A stretch of DNA of 64,000 nt, taken from Scenedesmus sp. PABB004. Its lineage: Eukaryota. How positions within the stretch are numbered: the first letter of the stretch is position 1; every line of letters starts with the position of its first letter. Position numbers and translations under genes: made by a program. The stretch covers positions 1,116,001 through 1,180,000 of the forward strand of contig JABVCE010000004.1 in NCBI GenBank assembly GCA_014905635.1, in the 5' to 3' direction. Positions 32,040-43,280 of this stretch are shown in pieces. The notes below the pieces were generated by a model. It ran no database searches. It was not told where the DNA came from and saw only the letters and a program-made list of their open reading frames with translations.

Positions 32040-33537
32040 TGGGCGCTCTCGCGCGCGGCCGCGCGGCCGGGCGTCGAGCACGGGGGTGCCAGCCCAGCGG
32101 CGGGGCGCGCTCACCGCCGGGCGGCAGGCTGCCGGTCGCCGACGCGCGCGCCGAGGGCGGCCCGAGCGGGCTCGGCGGCGGCGACGGCCGCGCGACGGGC
32201 GCGGGCGACGCGGCGCGGCTGCCGGCGCGGCTGCCGGCGCGGCTGCCGGCACGGCTGCCGCCGCCGCCGGGCGAGGGCGCGCCGGAGCGCGCGGGCGACG
32301 TGCCGCGCGGCGTCGAGGCGGCGCTGTCGCTGCTGGTCGTGAGCTCGTCCTCCTCCTGCGGGGGCAGCGGCTCGCGCGTGACGATGATGTGCCGCGGCAC
32401 CGGGATGGAGTTGTCCTGCGTGCGGCGGGGCGGGCCGGCGGGTTGGGCCGGCGGGTCGGGCCGGCGGGCCGGGTCGGCGCCTCCGCCGCTCCCCCGCTGA
32501 CCCCTGCCCGCGCCCGGTCCCGGCGCGCGCCGCGCTGCCGAGGGCCCCCGCCCGCCCGCCCGGCCGCACCATGAGGGTTTTGTAGACGCGGCGGCGGTCC
32601 AGCAGCACGTCCTGCATGTTGAGCTGCGGGCGGCGGCGCGCGCCCAGTGTGCACACATGGAGTCAGCCAACACGCACGTGCGCTGCGCTGGCGGCGTGTG
32701 CCGCTGGTCGCCCCTCCCTCCCCCTCCCTCGGTCCCTCCCGCTCACGTTGTTGACGAGGAACGGCGAGCGCAGCGCCGCGTAGGCCTGGGCCTTGGCCAG
32801 GGGGAAGCCGTCACTGTGCCACGAGAGCATGACTGCGGCCGGCGGGGCGGCGCCCCCCAGTGAGGCGCGCAGCACGCGGCCACAGCGTGCCCCTCCCCCT
32901 CCATTAGCACGCCCGCCGACGCAGCACGGCGCGCATGCGCGCGCACCGTCGCAGAGCGGCCACGCCTCCACCGGCTCCTCCAGGATCACCTGCGGTGGCG
33001 CGGCGCCGCGCCGCGTCCGGGGCCGCGCCGCGTCCGGGGCCGCGCGGCGCGGCGCGGCGCGGCGCGGCCGCCCCTGTGCCGGCCCCCGCCGTCGCTGCCC
33101 CGCCGCGGCGGCGCCCCGCCGGCGCCGTGGCCGCGTGCCGCGGGCGCCGGCGCGCCGCGCCTGGTCGCCAAAGGAGACCACCTCAAACTCGCCGCCCGCG
33201 GTGAGGCGGGCGAGGATCTCTGACATGGGCTTGGACCGCGCCTTCTTGTCCATTGCACACAGGCCGATCTTGATCTTGCTGCCGAGACCGTGCTTGCAGT
33301 CCGGCGCCTGCGGCGCGGCGGCGCGGCGTGAGGTGCGGGGCGGCGCCCAGGGCTGCCGCGCGCGCGCGCGGGGCGGCGCCCAGGGCTGCCGCGGCCGCCG
33401 GCCGGCGGCTGCGCCGCGAGCGGCGCGGGGCGCGTGGTGGCGCGCGCGCGCGTGCGCGCGGGGCCTGCAGCGCGGGGCCGCACCGAACGGCTCCGCGTCA
33501 TCCGCCCCCGCCGCCGCCGCGCGGCGGGCTGGGTCAT
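23776..33537 (-). CDS. VIP1: Inositol hexakisphosphate/diphosphoinositol-pentakisphosphate kinase (ATP-grasp kinase plus histidine acid phosphatase-like domain)
   Basis: [135 protein letters not shown]. More than 20 introns. Start ATG is 33537 or the in-frame 33501. Confidence 0.95.
26936..27037 (-). ncRNA. Intronic box C/D snoRNA, candidate U6 snRNA 2'-O-methylation guide
   Basis: Lies in an unusually long VIP1 intron (27147-26816). Sense strand: box C GTGATGA (27032-27026), D' CTGA (26999-26996), GC hairpin, C' GTGACGA (26967-26961), box D CTGA (26943-26940), terminal GGCC/GGCC stem. Locally much lower GC than the flanks. Guide GGTCATGCTAA is complementary to the conserved U6 sequence UUAGCAUGGCC with one G-U pair. 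Confidence 0.85.
31499..31590. repeat. AC-rich tandem repeat (CACACATTCAA)n in a VIP1 intron
   Basis: About 5 imperfect copies of acacacattca, directly visible. Confidence 0.8.
31773..31812. repeat. (GCAGC)n pentanucleotide microsatellite in a VIP1 intron
   Basis: gcagcgcagcgcagc... about 7-8 copies. Confidence 0.8.
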
Positions 33538-34061
33538 GACGAGCCCGGCCCCGCCGCCGGGGGCTGGCGCGCGCGGCGGCGCGGGCGGCGTGCCGCCGCC
33601 CGGCGCCGGCGGCGGGTCCGCCAGCGCGATGCCGCGCGCTGCTGCCGTGTGCGCGCGCCGCGGCGGTGCCTGGCCCTGGCGGCGCGCGCAGCGGCTGTCA
33701 CGTGTGTGTCGCGGCTGCGAACAGTCTGGGCCGGCGCCGCCGATCGCCGGCGCGCGGGCGTGGCGGTGGTGCGGCGCCGCGCGTGTAGCAGCGGCGGCAG
33801 CGCAGCACGCGCCGCTGGGCCCGGGCACGACGACGAGCTGCCGCGAGGCGGCGTGAAGTGACGGGCGCGCTTGGGGCGGGCGGCCAGGCAGCGAGCGGGG
33901 CGCGGAACCCTGGTGCTGGCCGGGATACCTTTGCCCTTTGCCCCGCGTGCCAGCAGCGCCACTCGTGCGCAGCGCTCCCGGCCCGGCACCCCGTGATCGC
34001 CACCGCCACCACCGAAGCCTCAGACGACCACCCGCACCCCCCACATCGCGGCTTCGCGGCG

Positions 34062-35332
34062 ATGGCGACGCCGCGCGCGCTGGTGCTGCTGCAGGGCGCC
34101 CGCCCGCTGGGCGACCTGGTCGGCCTGCTGTCGGAGCACGGCCTGGACGCCGCCAGCGCCGACATCTGCAGCTCGCCGGCGAGCTGCAGCGGCAGCGGCT
34201 ACGCCGCCGCCCTGCTCGCGTGCGCCCACGCCGACGCCGGCGCGCTGGGCGGCGTGGCGAAGCTGCTGGCGCCGGGCGCCAAGGCGGTGCTGTGCCTGCC
34301 GCGCGCGGAGCAGGTGCGTGCGCGCGGCGCGTGTGGCGCAGCGGCGGCAGCGGCCGCGGTCGCTGCGGCTGACGCCGCACGCCGCCGCACGCCGCGCGCG
34401 CCGCCGCAGGGCGACGCCGTGAGCGCCATGATCCTGGCGGGCTTCACCGACTGCCAAGCCAGCACCTCGCCGGCGGGCACCACGGTGCGGCGGCCGGCCG
34501 GCGCCCGCCGCCGCCGCGCGCGCCCCCCGCGCGCATGCATGCGCCCGCCGGCCGCCGTCGTGCGCCAACCCCGCGCCCGCCCGCCCGCCCTTTCGCGGAC
34601 GCGCCCACACACACAGGTGACCGCGAAGCTGCCCGCCTTTGCAGTGGGCAGCAAGGACGCGATCAAGCTCAAGCCAAAGGCCGCCGCCGCGGCGGCCCCG
34701 GCCGCGTGGGTGCTCTCGGCCGACGACGGCGACGAGGAGCTGGTGGACGACGAGGAGCTGCTCACGGAGGACGACCGGCGCCGCCCCGTGCCGGGTGCGC
34801 GCCGCGCCGCGCCCGCGCCCGCAGCGCACGGGCCGCTGGCAGGGCCGCAGGCTCGGAGGGCCGGGCGCCGCGCCGCGCCGGCGCGGCGCACGGCGCGCCA
34901 CGCGCGCTGTGTGCGTGCGCGCGGGCCCGCGTGACCCGCCGCCGCCGTTGCGCCGCACGCGCAGGCGTGGCCGCGGACGACTGCGAGGTCGGCGCGGGCG
35001 GCGCGCGCAAGGCGTGCAAGAACTGCTCGTGCGGCCGCGCCGAGGCAGAGGCGGCGGGGCAGAAGGTGACGCTGACGCAGGAGATGCTGGACAACCCGCA
35101 GAGCTCCTGCGGCAACGTGAGCCCGCGGCCGCGCGCGCGGCGCGCGCAGACGGCGGGCCGCCGGCGGCTGGCGGTCGCGAGCTGGGCTGACACCTGCCCG
35201 CCGCGCGCGCCGCCGCAGTGCTCGCTCGGCGACGCGTTCCGCTGCGCGGGCTGCCCCTACCGCGGTCTGCCCGCGTTTGAGGCGGGCAAGAAGATTGAGC
35301 TGCCGGCAGACTTCCTCACCGCCGACGCGTGA
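34062..35332 (+). CDS. DRE2: Anamorsin/Dre2 (cytosolic Fe-S assembly)
   Basis: Methyltransferase-like N-terminus (ILAGF), acidic linker [14 protein letters not shown]-terminal [14 protein letters not shown] and [25 protein letters not shown]. 4 introns. Confidence 0.93.
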
Positions 35333-35615
35333 GCCGGCTGGCCGCGGGCGCGCCGACGCGGCGAGCTGCGCAGGCGGCGAGCGGCGAGCTGCGCTGGTGG
35401 TGCTGGTGGCTCCTCCTGGCAGCCGTTCCTGGCGCAGCCCGGCCGCCGCGGGCGCCGGGGCGTCAGTCGCCGCCTTGTGCCGCCGCCGCCGGCGGCGGGC
35501 GCGCGCACGGCATGCATGCTCGCAACTCGCCGACGCCGCCCCAGTCGCTCGCGCGGACGCGCCAGGCCGCCTGGTCCGGTACCCGCGCGCCGCGCCGCCC
35601 CCGGAGCCTGCGTCG

Positions 35616-36512
35616 ATGCTCGGGACCCGCACAGCGCCGCATGCGCGGCCCGGAGCAGCTCGACACGCCGCAGTCCCGCGCGCTGCGGGCCCGTCACTGC
35701 AAGGGGCACGCCCCGCAGCGCCGGCAGCGGCGCTGGCCCCACACGCGGCGGCGGGCGGCGCAGCCGGCGGCGTGCGCCAGCGCCCGCCGCAGGCCCCGCG
35801 CGGCGCCAGCAGCCCGCGTGCGCGACGCTGCGTGGCTGCAGCAGCTGTTGAGCCCGCGGCGGCAGCAGCCGGCGGCGGCGGCGAGCCCGGCGGCAGCGGC
35901 GGCAGCAGCGGCGACGCGCGCTTCTCGGAGCCGCAGCTCGCGGCGCTCTGGGACAGCGTGAGCCGCGCCCTGCTCAAGCTGGGCCGCACGGGCGTCACGG
36001 AGACGCACGCGCGGTCGCTGGGCGAGCTGCTGACGGCGCACAAGCTCGTCAAGGTGCAGCTCAACGGCGCGCGCGACGAGCCGGCCGCTGTGGCCGACGC
36101 CGCGGCCGCGCTCGCGGCCGCGTCGGGCGCGGCGCTGCTGCGGGTCAAGGGCAGCACCATGCTCTTTGCGGACGCCGCGTCGAGCGACGAGCACCTGCTC
36201 GCGGTCGCCGAGGCGGCCGCCGCGGGCACGGCGGCGTGGAAGCTCAAGCGCGCCGAGGCGGCGTCGCAGCGCGCGGCCGCGCGCGAGGCGGCCGACGCGA
36301 AGCGCACCGCCAACGCGAGCCGCAGCCGGCGGCGCGTCGGGCGGCTCATCAGCGGCGTCGCGGCGCCGAGCAAGGGCCCGCTGGACCGCAAGGCCCTCGC
36401 CGCCGAGGCGGAGGAGCTGGCGGGGAGGATTGTGGCCGAGGAGGCCGCCGCCGAGGCGGGCGGCGCGAGCGGCGCGCGCAGCGGCAGCCGCAAGCCCCTT
36501 TGGCGCAAGTGA
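35616..36512 (+). CDS. CRM (CRS1/YhbY) RNA-binding domain protein, probably organelle-targeted
   Basis: Intronless. LLKLGRTGVTETHARSLGELLTAHKLVKVQL..LLRVKGSTMLF matches the CRM pattern. Ala/Arg-rich transit-like N-terminus. Confidence 0.8.
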   Translation: MLGTRTAPHARPGAARHAAVPRAAGPSLQGARPAAPAAALAPHAAAGGAAGGVRQRPPQAPRGASSPRARRCVAAAAVEPAAAAAGGGGEPGGSGGSSGDARFSEPQLAALWDSVSRALLKLGRTGVTETHARSLGELLTAHKLVKVQLNGARDEPAAVADAAAALAAASGAALLRVKGSTMLFADAASSDEHLLAVAEAAAAGTAAWKLKRAEAASQRAAAREAADAKRTANASRSRRRVGRLISGVAAPSKGPLDRKALAAEAEELAGRIVAEEAAAEAGGASGARSGSRKPLWRK

Positions 36513-36536
36513 GCGGCCGGCCCGGGGCAGGGGAGC

Positions 36537-36558
36537 TGTAACAAACGGATCAATTACA
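36537..36558. terminator. Back-to-back TGTAA polyadenylation signals of the convergent CRM (+) and PP6 (-) genes
   Basis: TGTAA at 36537-36541 (+) and TTACA at 36554-36558 (TGTAA on -). UGUAA is the established chlorophycean poly(A) signal. Confidence 0.7.
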
Positions 36559-36810
36559 TGGCGGCCGCATCGCGCGGCCGCCAGGGACGGCGGCGGCAGC
36601 CAGCCAGGCGCCGAGTCTGTTCGTTGAGTTCGCAAAGTCGCGTCCGACAGCAGCAGCGCGACTGCGCCGCAGCGGCCCCACACCTGCCCACCAGGCGCGC
36701 GCGGCCCGCGAGCTGCAGTCCGGCTGCAGCCGCCGCGGCGCGCGGCGCGCGGCCGGCGCGCGCAGCGCGCCGGCCGCGGCCCCTCCTCCCCGCCGCGCGG
36801 CGGCGGCGCG

Positions 36811-38580
36811 TCACCAGAAGTAGCGCGTCGGCACGCGGGGCGCCATCATCGTGCTGTTCTCGGCCGTCTCGGTGAAGTAGCGCACGTCGCGCTGCGGTGC
36901 GCGGCGGGCGGCGGCGCGCGCGTGGGCGTGAGCGGGCGGCAGCTCGTGCGCGTGCCCGTGCGCGTGCGCGTGCGCGTGCGCGCAGCCGCCGCCGGCGCGC
37001 TGCCCCGGCGGCGGCCCCGGCAGCGCGCGGCGCGCCGCGGACCTGCAGGTTTTCGTCAAAGATGAGTATGCTTGCCACGTTGCCGCAGCGGTAGCAGTAG
37101 TTTGGCGCGCTCCACACCGTCACGAGCGACTGGTCGGGGAACATGTACTTCAGGCCCTCCTGCACTAGCTGGTGCGCGCGGCAGATGAGCTCCAGGCCTG
37201 TGTGTGTGTGTGGGGGGGGGGGGGGGGGCGGGAGGGGATGCAGCAGGCCGCGGGCGCGGCGCGCGAGGCGCGGCGCGGGGGCCGCCGGCGGGCGCAGCGC
37301 GGCGGCGCAGCGGCAGCAGCGGCAGCGGCGGCGGGTCGCACCGTTGATGGCGTTGAACTCTGCGGTGACCTTGCGGCCGAAGAGCCAGCCCGCGCCGCGC
37401 GGCGAGACGGCCCAGGTCTCGATGTCCTCCGGGTCGCTCCACATGAGGTCGCAGAAGGGGCCCTCGTGCGGGATCTCGCACACGCGGTCGATCGTGCGGA
37501 TCTGGCGGGCGGGTGGGCGGGTGGCAGGGCAGGAGGGTGAGGCGGCGGAGGGGAGGCAGGAACGGCAGGTGTGCGCGGGCGCACGCGGCGGCGGCGGCGC
37601 GGCGTCGCGGGCGGCGGCGCAGGCGCGCCTGGTCGAGCGTGCGGATGTCTGGGCTCAGCCCGCCGTGCACGCACAGCACCTTGCCGTCGATCAGCGCCTG
37701 GCGCGGCGCGGCGCGGCGCGGTGCGGCGCGCGTGAGCGTGAGCGCGGCCGCCCGCCGCCGCGCGCGTCCGCTGCGCGCCACCGCTGCGCGTCCGCTGCGT
37801 CGGCGCACCGAGAGCGTGAGGTAGTCAAAGACCTCGGTGCAGTACCGCCAGCCGTTGGCGTTGCCGTACTTGCGCTGGCACTCGTCGTAGAAGCCGTACA
37901 CCTGCAGCGGCCGCGGGGGCTCAAGGGTCGACGGCCGGGGCCTCGGCCGGGGCCTCCGCCGGGGTCGCCGCCGCGGCGCCACGCGGACCCCCAGCACCGC
38001 CGGCGGCGGCCGCGGCGCGCGCGTGCGCGCGCCTGCGTGATCTGCCGGCTCTCGTGGTTGCCGCGCAGGAGCGTCATGTTGGCGGGGAAGCGCGCCTTGA
38101 GCAGCAGGAGGAGCGTGAAGACCTCGAGGCTGTTGTAGCCGCGGTCCACAAAGTCGCCCATGAAGATGTAGCTCGTCGACGGCACCTGCCCCAGCGCGGG
38201 ACGCGGCGAGGGGCGCAGGGACGGTGAGGGGTGCTGCGGGTGAGGCGGCGGCGGCGTCGGCGGCGGCGGGCGCGGCGCGCACCTCGCCGCCGGTCTCGAA
38301 GAGGCGGAGGAGGTCGTGGAACTGGCCGTGGATGTCGCCGCACACGGTGACGGGCCCGTGCACCGGCTGCACGTTGCTCTCCTCCACCAGGATCTCCTTG
38401 ACCTGCGGCGCGGCGCGGCGCGCGGTGTCGGCGCGCGGGCGCAGCAGCGGAGCAGCAGCGGCGGCGGCGCCGGCGCCCGCGGCGGGCGCGCACGTATTCG
38501 CAGAGCGACTTGAGCTCATCCTCGGCCAGGTACTCGCAGCGCTTGACTTTCTCGATCCATTTGTCCAGGTCCACGCCCAT
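36811..38580 (-). CDS. PP6: Ser/Thr protein phosphatase 6 catalytic subunit (FyPP-type)
   Basis: [113 protein letters not shown]. 7 introns. Confidence 0.95.
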
Positions 38581-39065
38581 CCTGGCGCGGTGGGCCGGCG
38601 CCCAAGCCTGCCGATGCGCGCAGTCGGCCGCTGCTGCCGTGCCGGGGGCGCGCGGCGCGCCCGCTGCGCTCAGGAACAGGCGTCCTAACGACTCCTTGCG
38701 CGTGCGGAAGCAGGCGCGAGGGTGGGACGCAGCAGGGCGCGGGGCGGGCACGAGCGAGAGCGGAGGTGCAGCGCCGAGAAGGAGTGGAGCGCGGGCAGCT
38801 GGGAGGTGGCTCCGGCAGCGCAGCGCGCCTGCCTGGCCTGAGCTGCGGCGCCTGCCCACCCAGAACCGCGCGCCGGCAGCGGCGCAGTCGACCGCGCCGC
38901 CTCGCGCCGCACAAAGCTCGGCGCTCCCCCTCCATCGCAACGCTTGATCGACGCATCCCTGACGCCGTCACTCCACGCACGCGGCATCCGCACGCGCCGA
39001 GCACGCAGCGCGACGCAGCAGCGCGCGGCGCCATCACGGCAGCGGCGGCCGTCGCAGCGGGCGCC

Positions 39066-42000
39066 ATGGCGGCCTCGCCCCGCGATGCGCTGCTGGGCCT
39101 GGGTGCAGCCAGGCACCTGGACCGCGAGCGCGCGCTGCGGCGCTTCCAGGAGCTGATCGCCGACGCGGGTGCGCGGGCGCGCCGCCGCCGCCGCGGCGCG
39201 CGCCACGCGCCCGCGGCGGCCCGCCCCGTCACGCGGGCGCGCCCGTATGCACGCAGGCGAGTCGCCGCCGCAGCTGGAGGACCTCGCGGCGGGCGTGCGC
39301 GAGCTGCTGGCGGGCGAGGCGTGGGAGCACAAGCTGGGCGGCCTGATGGGCGCCAAGGCGCGGCGGCGCCGCCGCCGCGCCGCCCTACCGCCCGCGCCCG
39401 CGCCCTCCGCGCGCACGCGGCGGCCGCCGCCGGCGCACACGCACACACGCGCACGCGCCGCAGGTGCTGGTCGAGCGCAGCGACATCCCTGGCTTTGACG
39501 CCGCCATGGTCGACGAGGCGCTGCGGCTGCTGGAGGACGGCGAGCCGCGCGTGCGCCTCGCGGTGGGGCAGCTGCTGCGCGGCCTCGCGGCCAAGCGCGG
39601 GCTGGAGGTGCTGGAGGCCGCGCAGGGGCGCGTGCTGGACAGCATCAACAACCACTTTGTGAGTTGGGCTTGTGAGCCGTCCGCGCATCGCGGCGCCAGG
39701 CGGCGGCGCCAGGCGGCGGCTGCGAGCCGGGCGCCCTCGCCCCACGCCTTCCCCTCGCCCCGCGCCCGCCCGCGCGCGCGCGCAGGACCGCGAGGGCGAG
39801 GGCAGCCGCGCCGACAGCGCGTGGACGAGCGGCAGTCTCACGCCCGCCGCCGGCGGGCGGCCGGGCAGCCCCGGACCCGCGCCGGGCAGCCCCAACCTGC
39901 TCTCCGCGCTGCTCGCGAGCAGCTACCAGCCGCTCGTGCCCGGCGTGGGCCAGCTGCGGCACGGCAGCGAGGGCTGGAAGTGCCTCGAGACGAGCATGAA
40001 GGCGTGGCAGCAGCTCGTGGAGGGCGTGGGCACGTCCGTCGCGCCGCACGTCACGCCCGAGGTGCTCGACCTGCTCTACAGGCGAGCGAGCGCCGGGGCG
40101 CCGCCACGCCAGGCGTCGCGCCGTGGCGCGCGCCGCGGCGCGGCGCGCGCGCTGTGAGCTGCGAGCGACTCGCAGCGCCCCGCGCACGCGCGCGCAGGTC
40201 GATGCACCACCCCAACCGCTTTGTGCGGGAGACGGCGCACTTTACCGCCGCGAGCGTGTGCGAGGCGCTCGCGGGCGGCCGCCTCGCGGGCGTGGCGCAG
40301 GAGCTCGCGGAGCGCCTCGCCGACGGGCTGAGCGACAACTGGAGCCAGGTGCGCTACGCCGCGTGCGTGGCGACGCGGACGCTCATGGCCTGCCTCGCCC
40401 CCGACGACCGCGCGCGCCTGCTGCCCACGCTGACGGGGCCGATGTGCCTCAATCGGTGAGGAGGGCGCGTGGGGCGGCGCGGCGCGCGCGGGGCGGCGCT
40501 GCGGCGCGCGCGGGGCGGCGGCACGCGCCCGACGCCCCGCCTTGAGACCGCCCCGGCCGGCCGGGCCGCGCGCAGGTACTACGTCGCAGAGGGCGTGCGC
40601 CTGTACGCGCAGGAGACGTGGCGCCGCGTCATGGCCGACACGGGCCGCGCGGCGGTCGCGCGCCACATCGACCAGGCGCGCGCGCGCGCGGCCGCGCGCC
40701 GCCGCCGCCGCCGCCCGCTCCCCTCCCACGTGCCCGCCTGCCGCCTAAACCCTGCCTCTCCTGCCCCTCCCCTAAACCCTGACTGCCTCGTACACAACAC
40801 AGGTCGTGTTCTACTACGTCTCGCAGTCCAAGGCCAACAACCACGCCGTGCGCGAGGCCGCGTGCGCGGTGATCGCGGAGCTGATGGAGAAGGTCGACCG
40901 CGCCGCCGTCGCGCCGCACGTGCCCGACCTGCTCCGCGCGCTGCTGCTGTGCTTCAAGGACTCCAGCTGGCCCGTGCGCGACGCCGCGTGCACCGCGTGC
41001 GGACGGTGCGCGCCGGCGGCGGGCGGCGACCGCGGCGGCGACGGCGGCGCGGGCGCGCGCCCCTCCCTGCGCGTGTCTCCTCACCGCGCGTGACGCCGCG
41101 CCGCGCCCGCAGCTGCGTGGTCGCGTACCCGGGCGAGGCGCGTGAGGTGCTGGAGCACCTCTACCCCCTCTGGGCGGAGCACCTGTGGGACAACATCCCC
41201 GCCGTGCGCGCCGACAGCGCGGCCGCGCTCGCGCAGGCGGTGACCGCGTACGGCCAGGAGGCACTCGACCGGGTGCTGCCCGTCGTGCGGTGCGTATGTG
41301 CGCGGGCTGGCCAGCGCGCCGTGCCGCTGGCACGGCACGCTTGCCACCGCTCAGGGCCGCGCCCGGCGCGCAGCACGCCGCGCCGCCGACGCTGCCGCCG
41401 CCGGCGGCCCACCGGCGCTCGCGCTCGCGCGCGCGCGCGCGCTGCGGCGCAGGGACCTGCTGCCGCGCGCGCACGCGCAGCCGGCGGAGAGCCAGCGCTA
41501 CAGCGGGCTGGAGAACACGACCACGTTTGGCGTGGCGGCGCGCCGCGCGCGCGACAACGACCCCGCCGTGCACACCAACCAGGACATGTTCAGCTGCGGC
41601 AGCCTCTCCGCGCGCTTCAGCACGGAGCGCCTCGTGCGCTCCGACGGCTGCAACGACTACGGCTTTGCGCGGTGGGCGCGCCGCGCCGCGCGCAGCGGGC
41701 GGGTGGATGCCGGGGGGCCACAGGGCACCGCCGCGCCGCGCCGCGCCGCGCCGCGCCGCGCCGCGCCGCGCCGCGCCCCGCCGCGCCGCTGCGCTGGCGC
41801 CGGCGCGGGCGCCCGAACCGCGCCGTCTGTCCGCCCGCGCGCCGCGGCGCAGCGCCAAGGAGCCGTGGGAGGCGTCGGACGGCGCGGTGCACATGGTGCG
41901 CGAGCTCGCCGCCGTGTCGCCGGCGGCGGCCGAGGAGTTCCTGCCAGGCGTCGCGGAGCTTGCGCGGCTCGCGAGCTTCCAGCACGCGTTCAGCCTGCAC

Positions 42001-42315
42001 GAGACGATCTGGCGCAGCCTGCCGGCCATCGCGCGCGGGCTGGGGGCCAAGGCGTTCAAGGCGCGGCACCTCGAGGCGTTCCTGCCGCCGCTCTTCGCCG
42101 ACCTGCGCTGCGGGCACCAGCTCGCAGAGGCTGAGGCGGGCCGGGCGATCAGCGCGCTGCGTGACCTGATCGGCCCGCGCATCTTTGCGGGGCGCCTCGA
42201 CGACGCGCAGCGCGCCGCGCTCGAGGCCGACCCAAACATCCTGCCGCCGGCGGGGCCGCTCGGCGGCGGCGGCGGCAGTGGCGGCGCTGCGGTCACCGCG
42301 CAGCCGCCGCAGTGA
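39066..42315 (+). CDS. Uncharacterised HEAT/ARM-repeat protein
   Basis: HEAT-like motifs LLEDGEPRVRLAV, HPNRFVRETA, GLSDNWSQVRYAA, ANNHAVREAAC, FKDSSWPVRDAAC, LWDNIPAVRADSA across about 11 exons. Confidence 0.8.
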
Positions 42316-42417
42316 GCGCGCGGGCGCCGGGCGCGGGGTGGCACGGCGCGCGCGCCGCGCGCGCCCCCGTCGGTGTCAAGGGTTACAGGCGGCCTCGTGC
42401 GTTGTTGGTCGAGCGAG

Positions 42418-43021
42418 TCAGTCGGTCAGTGAGCTGCTGTCGTCGCCGTCGTCGCCGTCGTCGCTGCGGTCCCAGAACCACCACCAGCTCGAGTCCTGAA
42501 AGTCACCCGGGCTGAAGCTGCCGGGCTCGCCGTCCGCGCCCTCGCCGCCCCGGTTCTTTCCGAACGCGACCGCGACGAGGAACAGGGAGGCAAAGATGAA
42601 GATCGGCCAGCTGCTCCCGTCGTCGGACGCGCCGTTCGAGAAGTCCGGCAGCTGCAGGTCCGCGAGCGCGGCCAGGTGCGCGCCGGCGCCGCCCGCAGCG
42701 CGCGCGGCGCCTGGCGCCAGCGCCGCGGCGGCGGTGGCGGCGGCAGCGGCCGCCGCCCGCTTGGTCCTGCCCGCGCCGGCGCGGGGCTGCTGTTGGGCCG
42801 TGCGCGCGACCAGGCTGGTCCGCAGCCGGGCCGCCCTGTGCGGCGCTCGTGAGCGTGAGGAGAGAGATGCAAGGCAGCTCCGGGAGCTGCTGCGCAACTT
42901 CTGGCGCTCACCTGGCGGCGCCCAGGCGCGCGGGCAGGCCGGCAGCAGCGGGCGCGCCACCGCCGCAGCCGCGCAGCCTGGAGCCAGGGGCGACCGAGCG
43001 CAACCCTGCTGCGGAGCTCAT
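42418..43021 (-). CDS. Small single-pass membrane protein with bipartite plastid/thylakoid-type presequence
   Basis: ATG 43021, exon 1 to 42912, intron GTGAGC..CAG 42911-42836, phase-consistent join. Hydrophobic Ala stretch ending ARA, TM helix WPIFIFASLFLVAVAF, acidic tail. TGTAA at 42387-42383. Confidence 0.65.
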
Positions 43022-43280
43022 TGAGCAGCGGGGTTGCAATCTGCCGGGCGGGAAGGCGCGCTCGCTCGACACACCGGTCGCAGAGCAGCGGCGGCGGACA
43101 GCGTCACCCGGGCTCGTCGCTGGCCCTGCGCGCCGCTGGCGGGCCTCCTTTGTGCGCCCCGCTGCGCCCGAGAGCGGTCACGAGCTTCGTTACAACAGCC
43201 CGCGGTCCGACTGACGTTGAATCACGGGTGAGCGCGGCCCCAGATCCGCCGCGCCGCCCGCCCCGCTCCCCCCCCCCGGG

